Origin: Caedibacter taeniospiralis
Lineage (GTDB): Bacteria > Pseudomonadota > Gammaproteobacteria > Francisellales > Francisellaceae
DNA: 32,000 nt
NCBI RefSeq assembly: GCF_002803295.2
Contig: NZ_PGGB02000007.1
Location: 41,366 to 73,365, forward strand
Direction: 5' to 3'
Shown here: positions 8,672-18,428 of the stretch, piece by piece
Layout of the letters: every line of letters begins with the position of its first letter
Position numbering within the stretch: the stretch's first letter is position 1
Program-made: the position numbers and the translations under genes
The notes under the pieces: model-generated
Databases searched by the model: none
Told to the model about the DNA's origin: nothing
The model's input: the letters and a program-made list of their open reading frames with translations, nothing else

Positions 8672-10441
8672 ATGCCTAAGAAAATTTATATCGGTTCTTC
8701 TAATTTTGAGAAAATCATTACAGGCAATGGCTTATTTGTCGATAAGAGTCTGTTTATTAAAGAAATCATTGAGGATACTAGTGATGTGATCCTGATCACG
8801 CGCCCCAGACGCTTTGGCAAGACCCTAAACATGTCCATGCTGCATCATTTCTTTGCCGCTAAAATTGGTTTTATTGAAACCCAGGGCTTGTTTGATCATC
8901 TCGCTATTGCCAGGGAAGATAATGGTTTTTACCTTAAGGAGTATCAGGGCAAATATCCCGTGATCTTTGTGAGCTTTAAAGACATTAAGGCACGGGATTA
9001 TCAAACGGCATTGGAACACCTGTCACTTTTGTGCAGAGATCTCTTTAGAGCACATTACTATCTATTAGAGTCTGAACAATTAAGCTCCATTGACAAAGAA
9101 ATATTTCGCAATTACTTAAGATTTGAAATACTCAGTGCGTCAGAAATAGATGTCTCATTAAAAAGATTGAGCGAACTTTTCTATAAACACTACCAGCAGA
9201 AAGTAGTCATCTTAATCGACGAATATGACACCCCTCTCAATGCCGCTTATGTGGAGAATTATATTGAAGCATTAACCCCTTTGATGCGTAATCTAATGAG
9301 CAATACCTTTAAGGACAATGACGCACTTCACAAAGGTGTTATGACAGGCATTTTACGCGTCTCCAAAGACAGTATGCTCTCAGGCTTAAATAACCTTGAA
9401 GTCTATACAATTTTGGATAAAGAATATCGCGAATATTTTGGCTTTAGCAACAAAGAGCTTGATGAATTATATCAGGATCAGGGTTTGATTGCGGATAGAG
9501 AAAATGCCAAAAAATGGTATAACGGTTATAACTTTGCAGGACTTCAGATTTACAACCCCTGGTCGATTTTAAATTGTCTGCATAAAGATGGAAAATTTGA
9601 TGACTATTGGGTGCATACCTCCAATAACAAAATGATTGAAACCCTGCTGCTGAAATTCCGTGAAGATGTGCATCCTGCGGTGACGCAATTGATGGAATAT
9701 AAGACGGCAGAAGTCATTATCGATCGCCATGTGACCTATGACACGCTGGATATTCAATCGAGCAGTTTATGGAGTTTGTTGCTGTTTGCAGGCTATCTCA
9801 CTACCGAAAGCTGTGAAGCTACTGGTAAACTCCTGTATCGTTGCCAGGTTAAGCTCCCAAATATCGAAATTGTTCATTTACTTAATTATTACTTCGATAT
9901 GTGGTTTAGCACACGTTTAGGCGTACAGTATCAATCGTTTTTAAATAATCTGGTTGAAGGCAAGGTGGAGAAGTTCAGTGAACAATTAAACACTTATCTC
10001 ACTGAAGCCTTAAGTGTCAGAGACACAGGCTATACCGCCGAGAAGTTTTATCATGGTTTGGTGCTCGGTTTAATCGCGTCATTAAGAGAGACTCATCTCA
10101 TCCATTCAAATCGTGAATCAGGCGAGGGATATCCTGATGTGCTGATTTATCCATTGGCAGATAATCAAAAGCATGATTTGGGAATTGTAATGGAATTTAA
10201 GCATGGGAAGGAAGACGATAGCGAAAATCAGGAACTCCTGGCAGAGAAAGCCCTAAGCCAGATTGATACGAAAAATTATGTGGCAGAACTTAAAGCGCAA
10301 TCGCAGGTCAAGCGTATTTTAAAACTAGGACTGGCGTTTAACCACAAGCGGGTGGTTGTGAAGCATGCTTTAACGGAACGCGGCCTTGCCGGAGCATCTC
10401 TACTACTCATGCTTGCTACCGTGCAACTTCGCCAATTCTAA
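8672..10441 (+). CDS. AAA-ATPase-like domain protein with C-terminal PD-(D/E)XK nuclease domain (DUF1703-type family)
   Basis: 589 aa. IYIGSSNFEKIITGNGLFVDKSLFIKEII, RPRRFGKTLNMSML (P-loop region), VVILIDEYDTPL (Walker B), GYPDVLIYP...GIVMEFKHG (nuclease motif). Confidence 0.88.
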   Translation: MPKKIYIGSSNFEKIITGNGLFVDKSLFIKEIIEDTSDVILITRPRRFGKTLNMSMLHHFFAAKIGFIETQGLFDHLAIAREDNGFYLKEYQGKYPVIFVSFKDIKARDYQTALEHLSLLCRDLFRAHYYLLESEQLSSIDKEIFRNYLRFEILSASEIDVSLKRLSELFYKHYQQKVVILIDEYDTPLNAAYVENYIEALTPLMRNLMSNTFKDNDALHKGVMTGILRVSKDSMLSGLNNLEVYTILDKEYREYFGFSNKELDELYQDQGLIADRENAKKWYNGYNFAGLQIYNPWSILNCLHKDGKFDDYWVHTSNNKMIETLLLKFREDVHPAVTQLMEYKTAEVIIDRHVTYDTLDIQSSSLWSLLLFAGYLTTESCEATGKLLYRCQVKLPNIEIVHLLNYYFDMWFSTRLGVQYQSFLNNLVEGKVEKFSEQLNTYLTEALSVRDTGYTAEKFYHGLVLGLIASLRETHLIHSNRESGEGYPDVLIYPLADNQKHDLGIVMEFKHGKEDDSENQELLAEKALSQIDTKNYVAELKAQSQVKRILKLGLAFNHKRVVVKHALTERGLAGASLLLMLATVQLRQF

Positions 10442-10495
10442 TTCAGAATGTCTGATTTGAATTTGGTTGTTTATTGTAATAAAAATAATCACTCA

Positions 10496-11299
10496 TTATA
10501 AATAATTTGTATTGTTATAAACCTGTCCATATTTACCATTAAAGTCACTGCAGCTGTTGACGCTAAGAGGCGTAGGTGAACTTGATGGACTACCTGGACT
10601 AGACATGGAGTTATCGAAGCTTCCATCTGGACTATAGATGGGTTGGTTGGGGGCTGCATCGCAACTCACGGGAAATTGAGAAAGGGTAACATAATAGCTA
10701 TCCTCATATTTGGTATCATCAGGGCGTTTCCAGTCCTTAAATCCTCCGACTAAATAAAGACCTGTATTACTGTCGCTATTGACTCCGTTACATCCTGAGG
10801 AAATGCAGCCTCGAGAGAACGCGCTGACATAGGTAACCCAGGTTTCTTTGGGGTATTTCCCATACCAGCCAGGATCATATTGATCACGCGCAACATTGAT
10901 ATAAAAAGTTAAATCTCCACCATTAAAGTTTACATTCTTAACAGTGAAGGTGATTAAACAGCCCGAGAGATATTTGCCATGCGCATCCCCATAGTTGTAA
11001 TTACCAATCATTTGTATGGTTTGCGTGCTTTTGCCTGGATTGATGACATCCCCCGTGCTTGCTCCTGAAAAGGCATTGCATTTAGGAGGATAATTTCCCA
11101 AGGCATCGGTAATACTGGTAATCTCCACCTGAAAGGGGCTTTGATTGATAAACTGAAGGTGCCCTGCTCGGACATCATGGCTGTCGGTAAAAGAAGAGGT
11201 GTTGTAATACTTGGTGTCATCTTTGGCAAAAGTTAGGTTTACTCCAAGCAGTAACATCCAGCTTAGGTTAATGCTGGTAGTCGAAATAAATGCTTTCAT
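10496..11299 (-). CDS. Putative secreted protein of unknown function, downstream partner of the 1603-aa protein
   Basis: 267 aa, signal-peptide-like N-terminus, several Cys, Ser/Pro-rich C-terminal stretch. Start overlaps the upstream stop as ATGA. Confidence 0.75.
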   Translation of the reverse strand: MKAFISTTSINLSWMLLLGVNLTFAKDDTKYYNTSSFTDSHDVRAGHLQFINQSPFQVEITSITDALGNYPPKCNAFSGASTGDVINPGKSTQTIQMIGNYNYGDAHGKYLSGCLITFTVKNVNFNGGDLTFYINVARDQYDPGWYGKYPKETWVTYVSAFSRGCISSGCNGVNSDSNTGLYLVGGFKDWKRPDDTKYEDSYYVTLSQFPVSCDAAPNQPIYSPDGSFDNSMSSPGSPSSSPTPLSVNSCSDFNGKYGQVYNNTNYL

Positions 11300-14200
11300 T
11301 TTTCATTTTCCTTAGGTGTAAGTTGATTTTTTGTTTTTAGTGGTGTACTTGATTGGCTTGCACTAACGGGTAGAACAAAAAATGCGTCATGTTGATAGTA
11401 GTCATCAAAGCCCAGGCTAATTCCAGCACTATTAAAATTAAGGATCCACCAGTCCCCTGCCTCTAGTTCCGTACTGGTCCAATAACTGTCTTGCTGTAGG
11501 TTCAAAAAACCAACGGCATTGAGATAGTTTGCAATCGTTCCGCAAGGTTGATTCTTTTGAGCCCCACAAATATTTGTCTGATTCCAATTGTAAAAAAGAC
11601 CTGTTGATAAAATGTTTGAATAGCAGGAGCTTCCATTCCAGAGGTCTTGGCAACCAAGCTCCTCCATACTGGGTAACCGCCAGTTGCTAAGCCCACAGAC
11701 TTTATTGGTGTTGGCTTTAGCAGGGTCTTGTTGTGCCTCGGTCATCAATTGTTTGGCTAGACTCCCTGATCTTGCCCATAGTAAATTAGTTTCAGTATCT
11801 AACATACAATTTTCGGGATCGATGGGGTATGGAATAAATCGCCCACCACACGAAAGTATATCATCAACAATGCGCAACTCTTGTCCTCTAGGGCAGGTAC
11901 TGTAATCCAAAGTAGACGCTTTTCCATGACAAATGACCGAGATCTGGTTTTGACCAACATTATAATCGGTTATCATACAACCATCTGGCACAGCTGGAGG
12001 TTCGGGAGCGCCTTTGTTTACGATACACGTTTGGGAGCCATCTTCATTGAAACGAATTCCATAGTTGGGATCACAATCCCCTTGAAATTTTTCATATTGC
12101 TCCAGAGTCATGACTATCTCATCTAAAGCATAGGCTGCTGATGAGGAAGGATTATATGTCGGGCACACGATATAGGCTTTACCACCTTGATAGCTGACCA
12201 GGGTGCATGCCCCGGTGATATTTGGAGCGCCTGCTTCAATCTGGCATTGCAACTTGCCTGTATCATCGGCAAACACGCTGGAGCCTGGCGTACATATCGT
12301 TGCATAACTCCAGCTGTCATTAAAGGTTTTTGCATCACCACAAGTCGCTGAAATCGTTTGAGGATAAGCATTACCCAAGTTGCCAAAGGCAGCATTGTAA
12401 ATTATACACTGTTGCGTATAGGTGCCAGGCGCAGGGGTGTGTCCTGTACTGACTACACCTGTTTTATCCACCACAAAAGTCTGATCATTCGACGGTTTTG
12501 GCCAAATGGGATTCACTGAGAGATCTGTACTTACCCATGAACCCGATGGTTGACCACTACTTAAACTTTGACAATAAAACACGGGTTCTGGGAACGGGGC
12601 ATTATTGGCATTATCCTGAGAGGTCCCCAGTGCCTTATGTAAATTGCCTAAATAGGATAGGTCACACAAAGCTTCAACGCTTGAATCAAGATAATGTGAT
12701 TTTTCCCATGATCTGGCATCTGGGGAAGTGTTTGATTTTAACGAGCTGGTCTTTTTATCCCAGAAGGCGCAGTGCACACTTTGCATATCTGGAGTAGTCG
12801 TTGTTTCATAGATATAGGCACCACATACCCCTGACCATTGAGGAATACTGACTTTACCATCGCTGTTATAAACGTAGACTTGATGATTATGCTCGATAGG
12901 AGATGCGGCAGAAAGAACGGTTTTTATCCATTGAGTGTTTTCAGTGGCAGAACCTGAGCTTGGATGGCAATAGAACTCAAGGTGATCACTGTCTTTGGCG
13001 ATCCCAAGACTGGAAAGCGCACAATGAGATTGGATATCTGGCGTGATTTGCCCACGTTGCAGCAAGTAATCCGCCAAAGCTGACGCTAAGGGTTTGCCAT
13101 CTTTATCTGCACAATACAGGAAACCTTTGGGCAAAACGTCTTTGTATGATTTTCCGTTACTGAGGTTGTATTGGCTACAAAACAAGCTGCCGTCAGGTTT
13201 TAAATAATCAAGGTAATAAGTAACATTGTTGCAGCGCGTAACAAGGCGATCTTTGTACACAATTGGTTGGGAGCAATAATCTCTCCAGTTACCCTTAGGT
13301 AAATTATCTTTCATCGAATCAGGCCATAAGTCACTTGGCGAGGGCGACCATAAGTAGCCAGCTTTATTGATGCTAAAAGCACTTGAGCTTAGCGTGTTTC
13401 CACTATTGCCATTGTTTACGGTAACTTCTGAGGCATTGCGATACATGCCATTAAAATCAATGCCATAGTTATGAATAACATCTAATCGATATAAGGGCCA
13501 GGTTTGGACAATATCATCGTTGCCCTTCATTGCTGTGGCACCGATGAATTGACCATCATTACTGATGACAACCGTTTTGGGATCAATAGAAGAGGCAGGT
13601 GAAAACTTTAAGCCATTATCAAGGATGCTTTGGTAGTCAAAGCTATTGACACTACAGGCGAGCATCGCTGTTGTAGGGTTAAAATTGATGAAAATATCAT
13701 GCAAGGAGACATTGCTAAAATTGGTGGATACACAAGAAGCAGGATAAATCGTATATTTCTGAAAAGCAGGTAGGCTTGCGCTTGGATTGACTGAACATTG
13801 CAACTCTAGTGGAGAGGTAACGCTGGAGTATGCTGAGGCATTGCACACGTAGGAATTATCGGGTTGTTTTGTGCAGCCACTTCCTGTTTGAGGGTTAAAA
13901 ACCTCGGGTATTTTGCAAAACTGTGACCAATTACCGCGTGGTAAATCCGTATTAATGGGACTGACATCTTGAAGATAACCATTAAATAAATTGTCATTAA
14001 CGACAAAATTATCGGTAACAATTGCATCCCAGTAGGTTTTATTATTTTCAGAGGGCACTGCTGTGTTTGCCTCAAAACGACTGACAATAGCGTAGACATA
14101 TTGGGTGTTGCCACTTCCATCCTGGCGGGTAAATTGAGGGGCGATATTGGCAAAATTACTGCCAAATTCTCCATCGGCTGAACTTGGGGGTAAAAGCGAA

Positions 14201-16107
14201 AAAGCACTGGAGACGACGCTGTATTGCGCCATGACTCCTACGGTTTGATAAGGATAGTCGCTACTGGGAAATTGGCTTTTACAGTCAAAGAGCTGTCCAT
14301 TAGCTTCGTAAAAATTCCCTGTAAGTGCACAAACAAAAGCAGGATCGGCATTTTGTGTTAAAGCGGCTAAATTACGACTTTTTACGAGTTTAATATAATT
14401 TTCAATATCTGTTTGGCTGAGCTGATGTTTCATTGTGAAAGGAACATAAATCATCGGTACAGTATCGCTATTGGTGAAGGCTTGAATCCGCTGCGTTGTT
14501 CCAGGAATAGTATTAAATGAAATTTTTCCCACTGAGGCAGAGGTCGCGGGGATGCCACCAACATAACTATTGACCTGAAAACTAGTTAATCCCTGAGTAA
14601 AAGTATTATTTAGTGTTTGCAGTGCATTCGTAAAATCCTCTGAAAGACTGGAAATATCAATGCCATACGCCTTAAGCAAATCGGGTTTAAAGTAGTAGGC
14701 ATATACAATCGCCTGTGATGCACTGGATAAAATGGTCACAGCTTGCGCGTAGAGCTGATAAAATTGCAATGACGTATTGCCAAGATCAATCATCTGTGTT
14801 GTTTCACCCAGATTTAACAGTGCATACCCAGGTTGCGATTTATTTAAGTATAAGCCTCCTGTGCTATTGATAATGGCCTGCACCTGTTGGGCGTATTTAC
14901 TAAGCCACTGATTGATCAAATCGCCTAAATCCTGAATGTTAATATTCGTCTTATCCCCAGTGCTTAGAACACCAAGGTAGTCTAGTGTTTTAGTCAGTGC
15001 ATCTGCGGTCTGCTTTCCCTCTGTAGTTATGGAAAGCACATTGAAAACTTCCTGAGTGAATAAAGACATTTGCTGATTCGTCCACGGAATTCCCTGGCGT
15101 GTATTTCCGTTAAGGTCCTTATATGTGTAGGGAACAAAGGCGGAAAAACTGCCATCAGATTGAAAAATAGCCGAAGTAAACTTATTTCTTGTGTCATCGG
15201 GATATTGATTGTTATCCATACCAAGCACCACTTGAGCGCGAGTGCCACCACTTAGGCTAAATAAAAGCTGACCATTTTCAAACTTCACCCCCGTGACGCT
15301 AATTGCCCCATTTGCAATTTGTGCTTCATCCAAAGGATAAAGCTGAAAGTAGACGCTACTAAAAGACCACACTGTGGTATTGCCTTGTTTGATGATCGCA
15401 TCTCCATCGTAGATCACAAAACTAAATGGTTTACTGCCTCCAACATTCCAGCCTGAAGCAGGCATAGCTTCACCATTGTTAATCACCAGATATGCGCCAT
15501 CCTGTGGATTACTCCCTGGTGTTTCGTCTTCTTCAATACTAGGAAAAATAATAAGGTATGGGGCTATGGGCGGGAAGATCCAGCTTGAAATAGTCTCGGT
15601 AAAAAACTGACTTTGTGGATTGTCGGCAAAAGCCAAAATACCATTTGTGGTGGAATTAATCTCGGTATAAAGCGTATTAGCTGCTTCATCTAATTTAAAC
15701 CCAAGGGTTCCTGCAATACTTTTAATAATATCTTCAATCAAGGCATCAGTGGCAGCGAAATCCTCAGTCATCACCTGCATTGTCGTTTGCTGCATGGTTT
15801 CAATATCATTAATACCTTGAAGAATCTGCTCTAACATTTCCATTTGCGGGTCAGGCTGTGGCCAGATCAGACTCCAGAGTTTACCTGCGCCAAAATTAGC
15901 CAAGGCGGCAAGGGGGTCAAACGCATCGAGGATAGTTGAGGCTTCATTTTTTACAAATCGATCCGCGAGCCCCTTTCCTGCCAAACAGGCAAAACTGTCT
16001 TTGGAATCTCCTGCTTCATCCCAGACATTACAATCCTGGGCATGGGTTATTTGCATGCTTAAGCTCAATAAAGATAAGCAAAAGAGTGATCTAATTGTCT
16101 TTTTCAT
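11296..16107 (-). CDS. Very large secreted Cys-rich protein with a C-terminal DUF1566-like domain
   Basis: 1603 aa. Signal peptide MKKTIRSLFCLSLLSLSMQITHAQ. C-terminus LDTETNLLWARSG...GLSNWRLPSMEEL...SYWTSTE...FFVLPV is typical of DUF1566. Central GNWSQFC/GNWRDYC Cys-rich segments. Confidence 0.82.
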   Translation of the reverse strand: MKKTIRSLFCLSLLSLSMQITHAQDCNVWDEAGDSKDSFACLAGKGLADRFVKNEASTILDAFDPLAALANFGAGKLWSLIWPQPDPQMEMLEQILQGINDIETMQQTTMQVMTEDFAATDALIEDIIKSIAGTLGFKLDEAANTLYTEINSTTNGILAFADNPQSQFFTETISSWIFPPIAPYLIIFPSIEEDETPGSNPQDGAYLVINNGEAMPASGWNVGGSKPFSFVIYDGDAIIKQGNTTVWSFSSVYFQLYPLDEAQIANGAISVTGVKFENGQLLFSLSGGTRAQVVLGMDNNQYPDDTRNKFTSAIFQSDGSFSAFVPYTYKDLNGNTRQGIPWTNQQMSLFTQEVFNVLSITTEGKQTADALTKTLDYLGVLSTGDKTNINIQDLGDLINQWLSKYAQQVQAIINSTGGLYLNKSQPGYALLNLGETTQMIDLGNTSLQFYQLYAQAVTILSSASQAIVYAYYFKPDLLKAYGIDISSLSEDFTNALQTLNNTFTQGLTSFQVNSYVGGIPATSASVGKISFNTIPGTTQRIQAFTNSDTVPMIYVPFTMKHQLSQTDIENYIKLVKSRNLAALTQNADPAFVCALTGNFYEANGQLFDCKSQFPSSDYPYQTVGVMAQYSVVSSAFSLLPPSSADGEFGSNFANIAPQFTRQDGSGNTQYVYAIVSRFEANTAVPSENNKTYWDAIVTDNFVVNDNLFNGYLQDVSPINTDLPRGNWSQFCKIPEVFNPQTGSGCTKQPDNSYVCNASAYSSVTSPLELQCSVNPSASLPAFQKYTIYPASCVSTNFSNVSLHDIFINFNPTTAMLACSVNSFDYQSILDNGLKFSPASSIDPKTVVISNDGQFIGATAMKGNDDIVQTWPLYRLDVIHNYGIDFNGMYRNASEVTVNNGNSGNTLSSSAFSINKAGYLWSPSPSDLWPDSMKDNLPKGNWRDYCSQPIVYKDRLVTRCNNVTYYLDYLKPDGSLFCSQYNLSNGKSYKDVLPKGFLYCADKDGKPLASALADYLLQRGQITPDIQSHCALSSLGIAKDSDHLEFYCHPSSGSATENTQWIKTVLSAASPIEHNHQVYVYNSDGKVSIPQWSGVCGAYIYETTTTPDMQSVHCAFWDKKTSSLKSNTSPDARSWEKSHYLDSSVEALCDLSYLGNLHKALGTSQDNANNAPFPEPVFYCQSLSSGQPSGSWVSTDLSVNPIWPKPSNDQTFVVDKTGVVSTGHTPAPGTYTQQCIIYNAAFGNLGNAYPQTISATCGDAKTFNDSWSYATICTPGSSVFADDTGKLQCQIEAGAPNITGACTLVSYQGGKAYIVCPTYNPSSSAAYALDEIVMTLEQYEKFQGDCDPNYGIRFNEDGSQTCIVNKGAPEPPAVPDGCMITDYNVGQNQISVICHGKASTLDYSTCPRGQELRIVDDILSCGGRFIPYPIDPENCMLDTETNLLWARSGSLAKQLMTEAQQDPAKANTNKVCGLSNWRLPSMEELGCQDLWNGSSCYSNILSTGLFYNWNQTNICGAQKNQPCGTIANYLNAVGFLNLQQDSYWTSTELEAGDWWILNFNSAGISLGFDDYYQHDAFFVLPVSASQSSTPLKTKNQLTPKENEK

Positions 16108-16325
16108 AGTAGGGCTCCTTACACGATCAATGCTATTTAGTTTCGTCTCCTGACGTGCTAACAGATATAAGCCATAAAATTAAAATATGCTACTGTGATC
16201 ATCGGAAAATTTAGCTTTCTGTCCGAACTCCAGTTATTTATTCTCAACAACCTTAAAAGTTGAACTGTTGCTTATTGCAGCTTAATGATAAAATGCCAAT
16301 AGATTCAGTCATGCGAGGTGAAAAG

Positions 16326-17303
16326 ATGAGATTTTTAGATATTCGCACCGATTTTGCGTTCAAAAAAGTGTTCGGCAGCGAAGGCAGTAAACCGCGTCTT
16401 ATTTCATTTTTAAATTCGGTGATTCAATTTGAGGGTGATGCTAAGATAACCGATTTAACGATCGTTGATCCTTATAACATCCCACTGCTAAAGGGAATGA
16501 AGGACAGCTTTGTAGATGTCAAAGCCGTACTTGATAATGGCTGCAAAGTAATCATTGAAATGCAGGTTTTGTCACATGCGGGGCTGGAAAAAAGGATTCT
16601 CTATAACGCAGCAAAGAATTACTCGACACAGCTTTTGGAAGGGGAAAAGTATCATTTGTTAAATCCCATTATTGCGCTGACCATCGTTGATTTTATGATG
16701 TTCGAAGACAATACCAGACTCATTTCAAACTTTAAGCTTCTGGAAAAGGAAGAGTTTATCACCTACAACGATGATCTTGAGCTTATTTTTATTGAATTGC
16801 CAAAATTTACTAAAACATTGGAAGAGCTAAAAAACATCCAGGATCAATGGCTCTATTTTATTAAAAATGCAGGGAGTCTTGCGCATATTCCGCACAACCT
16901 GAGCACCGAGGTTATCTCGGCATTTGATATCAGCAATACCGCAGCTATGACTGAGGAAGAACTTGAAGTTCAGTACAAGAAAAAAGAGTTTATTATCGTG
17001 CAAAAGGAAATTGCCGAGGAGAGGGAAAAGGCTGAAAAAAAGGCAAGTCAGGCAGAGGAAAAAGCGAGAAAAGCAGAGGCTAAAGCAATAGAAGCAGAAA
17101 AAAAAGCAAGAAAAGCGGAGGAGAAAGCAAGAAAAGCGGAGGAGAAAGCAAGAAAAGAGCGTAAAGAAGGGGTAAAAGAAGGAAAGGCACAAGTACAAAT
17201 TGACATTGCCAAACAACTTAAAGCAGCGGGTATGGGTAATGCGGAGATTTCTGCCATGACTGGTTTGTCGGTTGAAGCGGTGAGCCAATTAAACCAAGAC
17301 TGA
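16326..17303 (+). CDS. PD-(D/E)XK nuclease family transposase-like (Rpn/PDDEXK_2) protein with charged coiled-coil region
   Basis: MRFLDIRTDFAFKKVFGSEGSKPRLISFLNSV...DVKAVLDNGCKVIIEMQV. SD-like GAGGTG upstream. The in-frame ATG at 16311 is an alternative start. Confidence 0.85.
   Translation: MRFLDIRTDFAFKKVFGSEGSKPRLISFLNSVIQFEGDAKITDLTIVDPYNIPLLKGMKDSFVDVKAVLDNGCKVIIEMQVLSHAGLEKRILYNAAKNYSTQLLEGEKYHLLNPIIALTIVDFMMFEDNTRLISNFKLLEKEEFITYNDDLELIFIELPKFTKTLEELKNIQDQWLYFIKNAGSLAHIPHNLSTEVISAFDISNTAAMTEEELEVQYKKKEFIIVQKEIAEEREKAEKKASQAEEKARKAEAKAIEAEKKARKAEEKARKAEEKARKERKEGVKEGKAQVQIDIAKQLKAAGMGNAEISAMTGLSVEAVSQLNQD
17106..17157 (+). repeat. 21-bp in-frame tandem repeat (about 2.5 copies)
   Basis: gcaagaaaagcggaggagaaa at 17106 and 17127, then partial gcaagaaaag at 17148, encoding ARKAEEK. 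Confidence 0.9.
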
Positions 17304-17369
17304 GTTTTTACTCTAGCCCAAAACGCTCAACATTGAATGCTTCAGGTCGAGCTTAGACCACCCCATCAA

Positions 17370-17684
17370 TCAAAATTCTTCGCAAATGGTTTGATCATTG
17401 CCCAAAACAAGTCCTCTTTGTTGGGCAATTTTGCTAAGCTTCATCATTTTAGCGTGATAAGAATCATTGTCGTTGCGTTTTCTAAATGTTGCTGGCTTTT
17501 CAGTGTAAGGGTTGAACATAAAAAATTGATGCGTACCCCGGCTGATATTGCATGTACGAATATGAGCAACCTTAGTTGCTTCCTTCCAATCTGTACTTTG
17601 TATATCTAAGATACATTCTGCAAAGACGCTGCCACTTAAGGTCAATGCCAGCAAGATTGAAAGTAAGTTGTTTTTAATATTCAT
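17370..17684 (-). CDS. Small putative secreted protein, unknown function
   Basis: 104-aa ORF MNIKNNLLSILLALTLSGSVFAECILDIQ..., clear signal peptide, three Cys in the mature part. Confidence 0.6.
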   Translation of the reverse strand: MNIKNNLLSILLALTLSGSVFAECILDIQSTDWKEATKVAHIRTCNISRGTHQFFMFNPYTEKPATFRKRNDNDSYHAKMMKLSKIAQQRGLVLGNDQTICEEF

Positions 17685-17846
17685 TTTGTTGTCTCCACTG
17701 GTGCTGTTTTTTTGACCATCTCATTATATGGTTTAAAAGATAATCTAATTAAGAGGAATATTTGACCTTTGAAGGAAATTTTTCCCCTGGTTGATGGATC
17801 GATTAAGCAGGTTGTAATAAACTACCCCATCCCTGGGCATTGATTA

Positions 17847-18428
17847 TTAGCTTTGTGATTCAAAGCAGTAGACAGGTCTTGCGTAGGTAGCGCCACAAGA
17901 GGAGTTGAAGCTGCCACCGTCACCGTAAATGTAAGCAGTCCAGTTGCCATTAGTGAAGGCTTGTCGTCCCCAGTTTGCCTTTGCTCCCGCACCACTACTT
18001 GGTGTGGTGTTAGAAAGTGATGTCCAGTTGTTACAAGAGGCAAAGTTATCAAGACCGGTAAAGGTACCATCTACATTTGTAGCCGCTTTAACCCCCGCAC
18101 CAGGAGAACCTGAGCGTGGATCATTGATTGCATTCACGAGATTGCCACTTAACAAAGTTCCAGTGGGAGCAATCGGCAAGTTGTAATTCCAGTTTGCGGT
18201 GTAGGATAGTAGATTATTGTAACCGATATTATCCCTGGCATTCATTCCAGAATCACTTAACCAGGCTTTAAATATGCCACCGTCGTTTGGATTATTTTGA
18301 TCGTTGGCACAAATACTATTGGCTTTTGCCACAGGAGTCGTCCCCGTAGCCGCAGTTGCGCCTTTGTTTAACATCCAGGCATTGTTATCCCCACTGACAA
18401 CGCTATAAGACGTAAACACACGACACAC
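17847..18428 (-). pseudogene. C-terminal DUF1554-like domain of the second lipoprotein, separated by an in-frame TGA
   Basis: 193-aa ORF starting at a GTG directly after the TGA. Same frame as 18429..21716 and homologous to the C-terminus of the 171..8090 product. No signal peptide of its own. Confidence 0.7.

Noticed and set aside
8672-10441. ATPase/nuclease gene as a phage-defence system
   Set aside because: The domain combination is suggestive, but this family is widespread and multicopy, and no defence partner gene is adjacent, so a defence role is unsupported here.
16219-16237. GTCCGAACTCCAGTTATTT, resembling the end of the MITE-like element (GTCCGTAACTTCAGTTAATT)
   Set aside because: Several mismatches and no matching partner end nearby, so it is probably chance.
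16827-17288. 153-aa minus-strand ORF rich in Phe/Leu/Cys opposite the coiled coil
   Set aside because: It is the antisense shadow of the ARKAEEK repeat and not a plausible membrane protein gene.
17397-17429. ATTGCCCAA...TTGGGCAAT hairpin followed by TTT, possible terminator of the 16326..17303 gene
   Set aside because: It lies inside the 104-aa minus-strand ORF, has a 15-nt loop and only a short T-run, so it is too weak to call.
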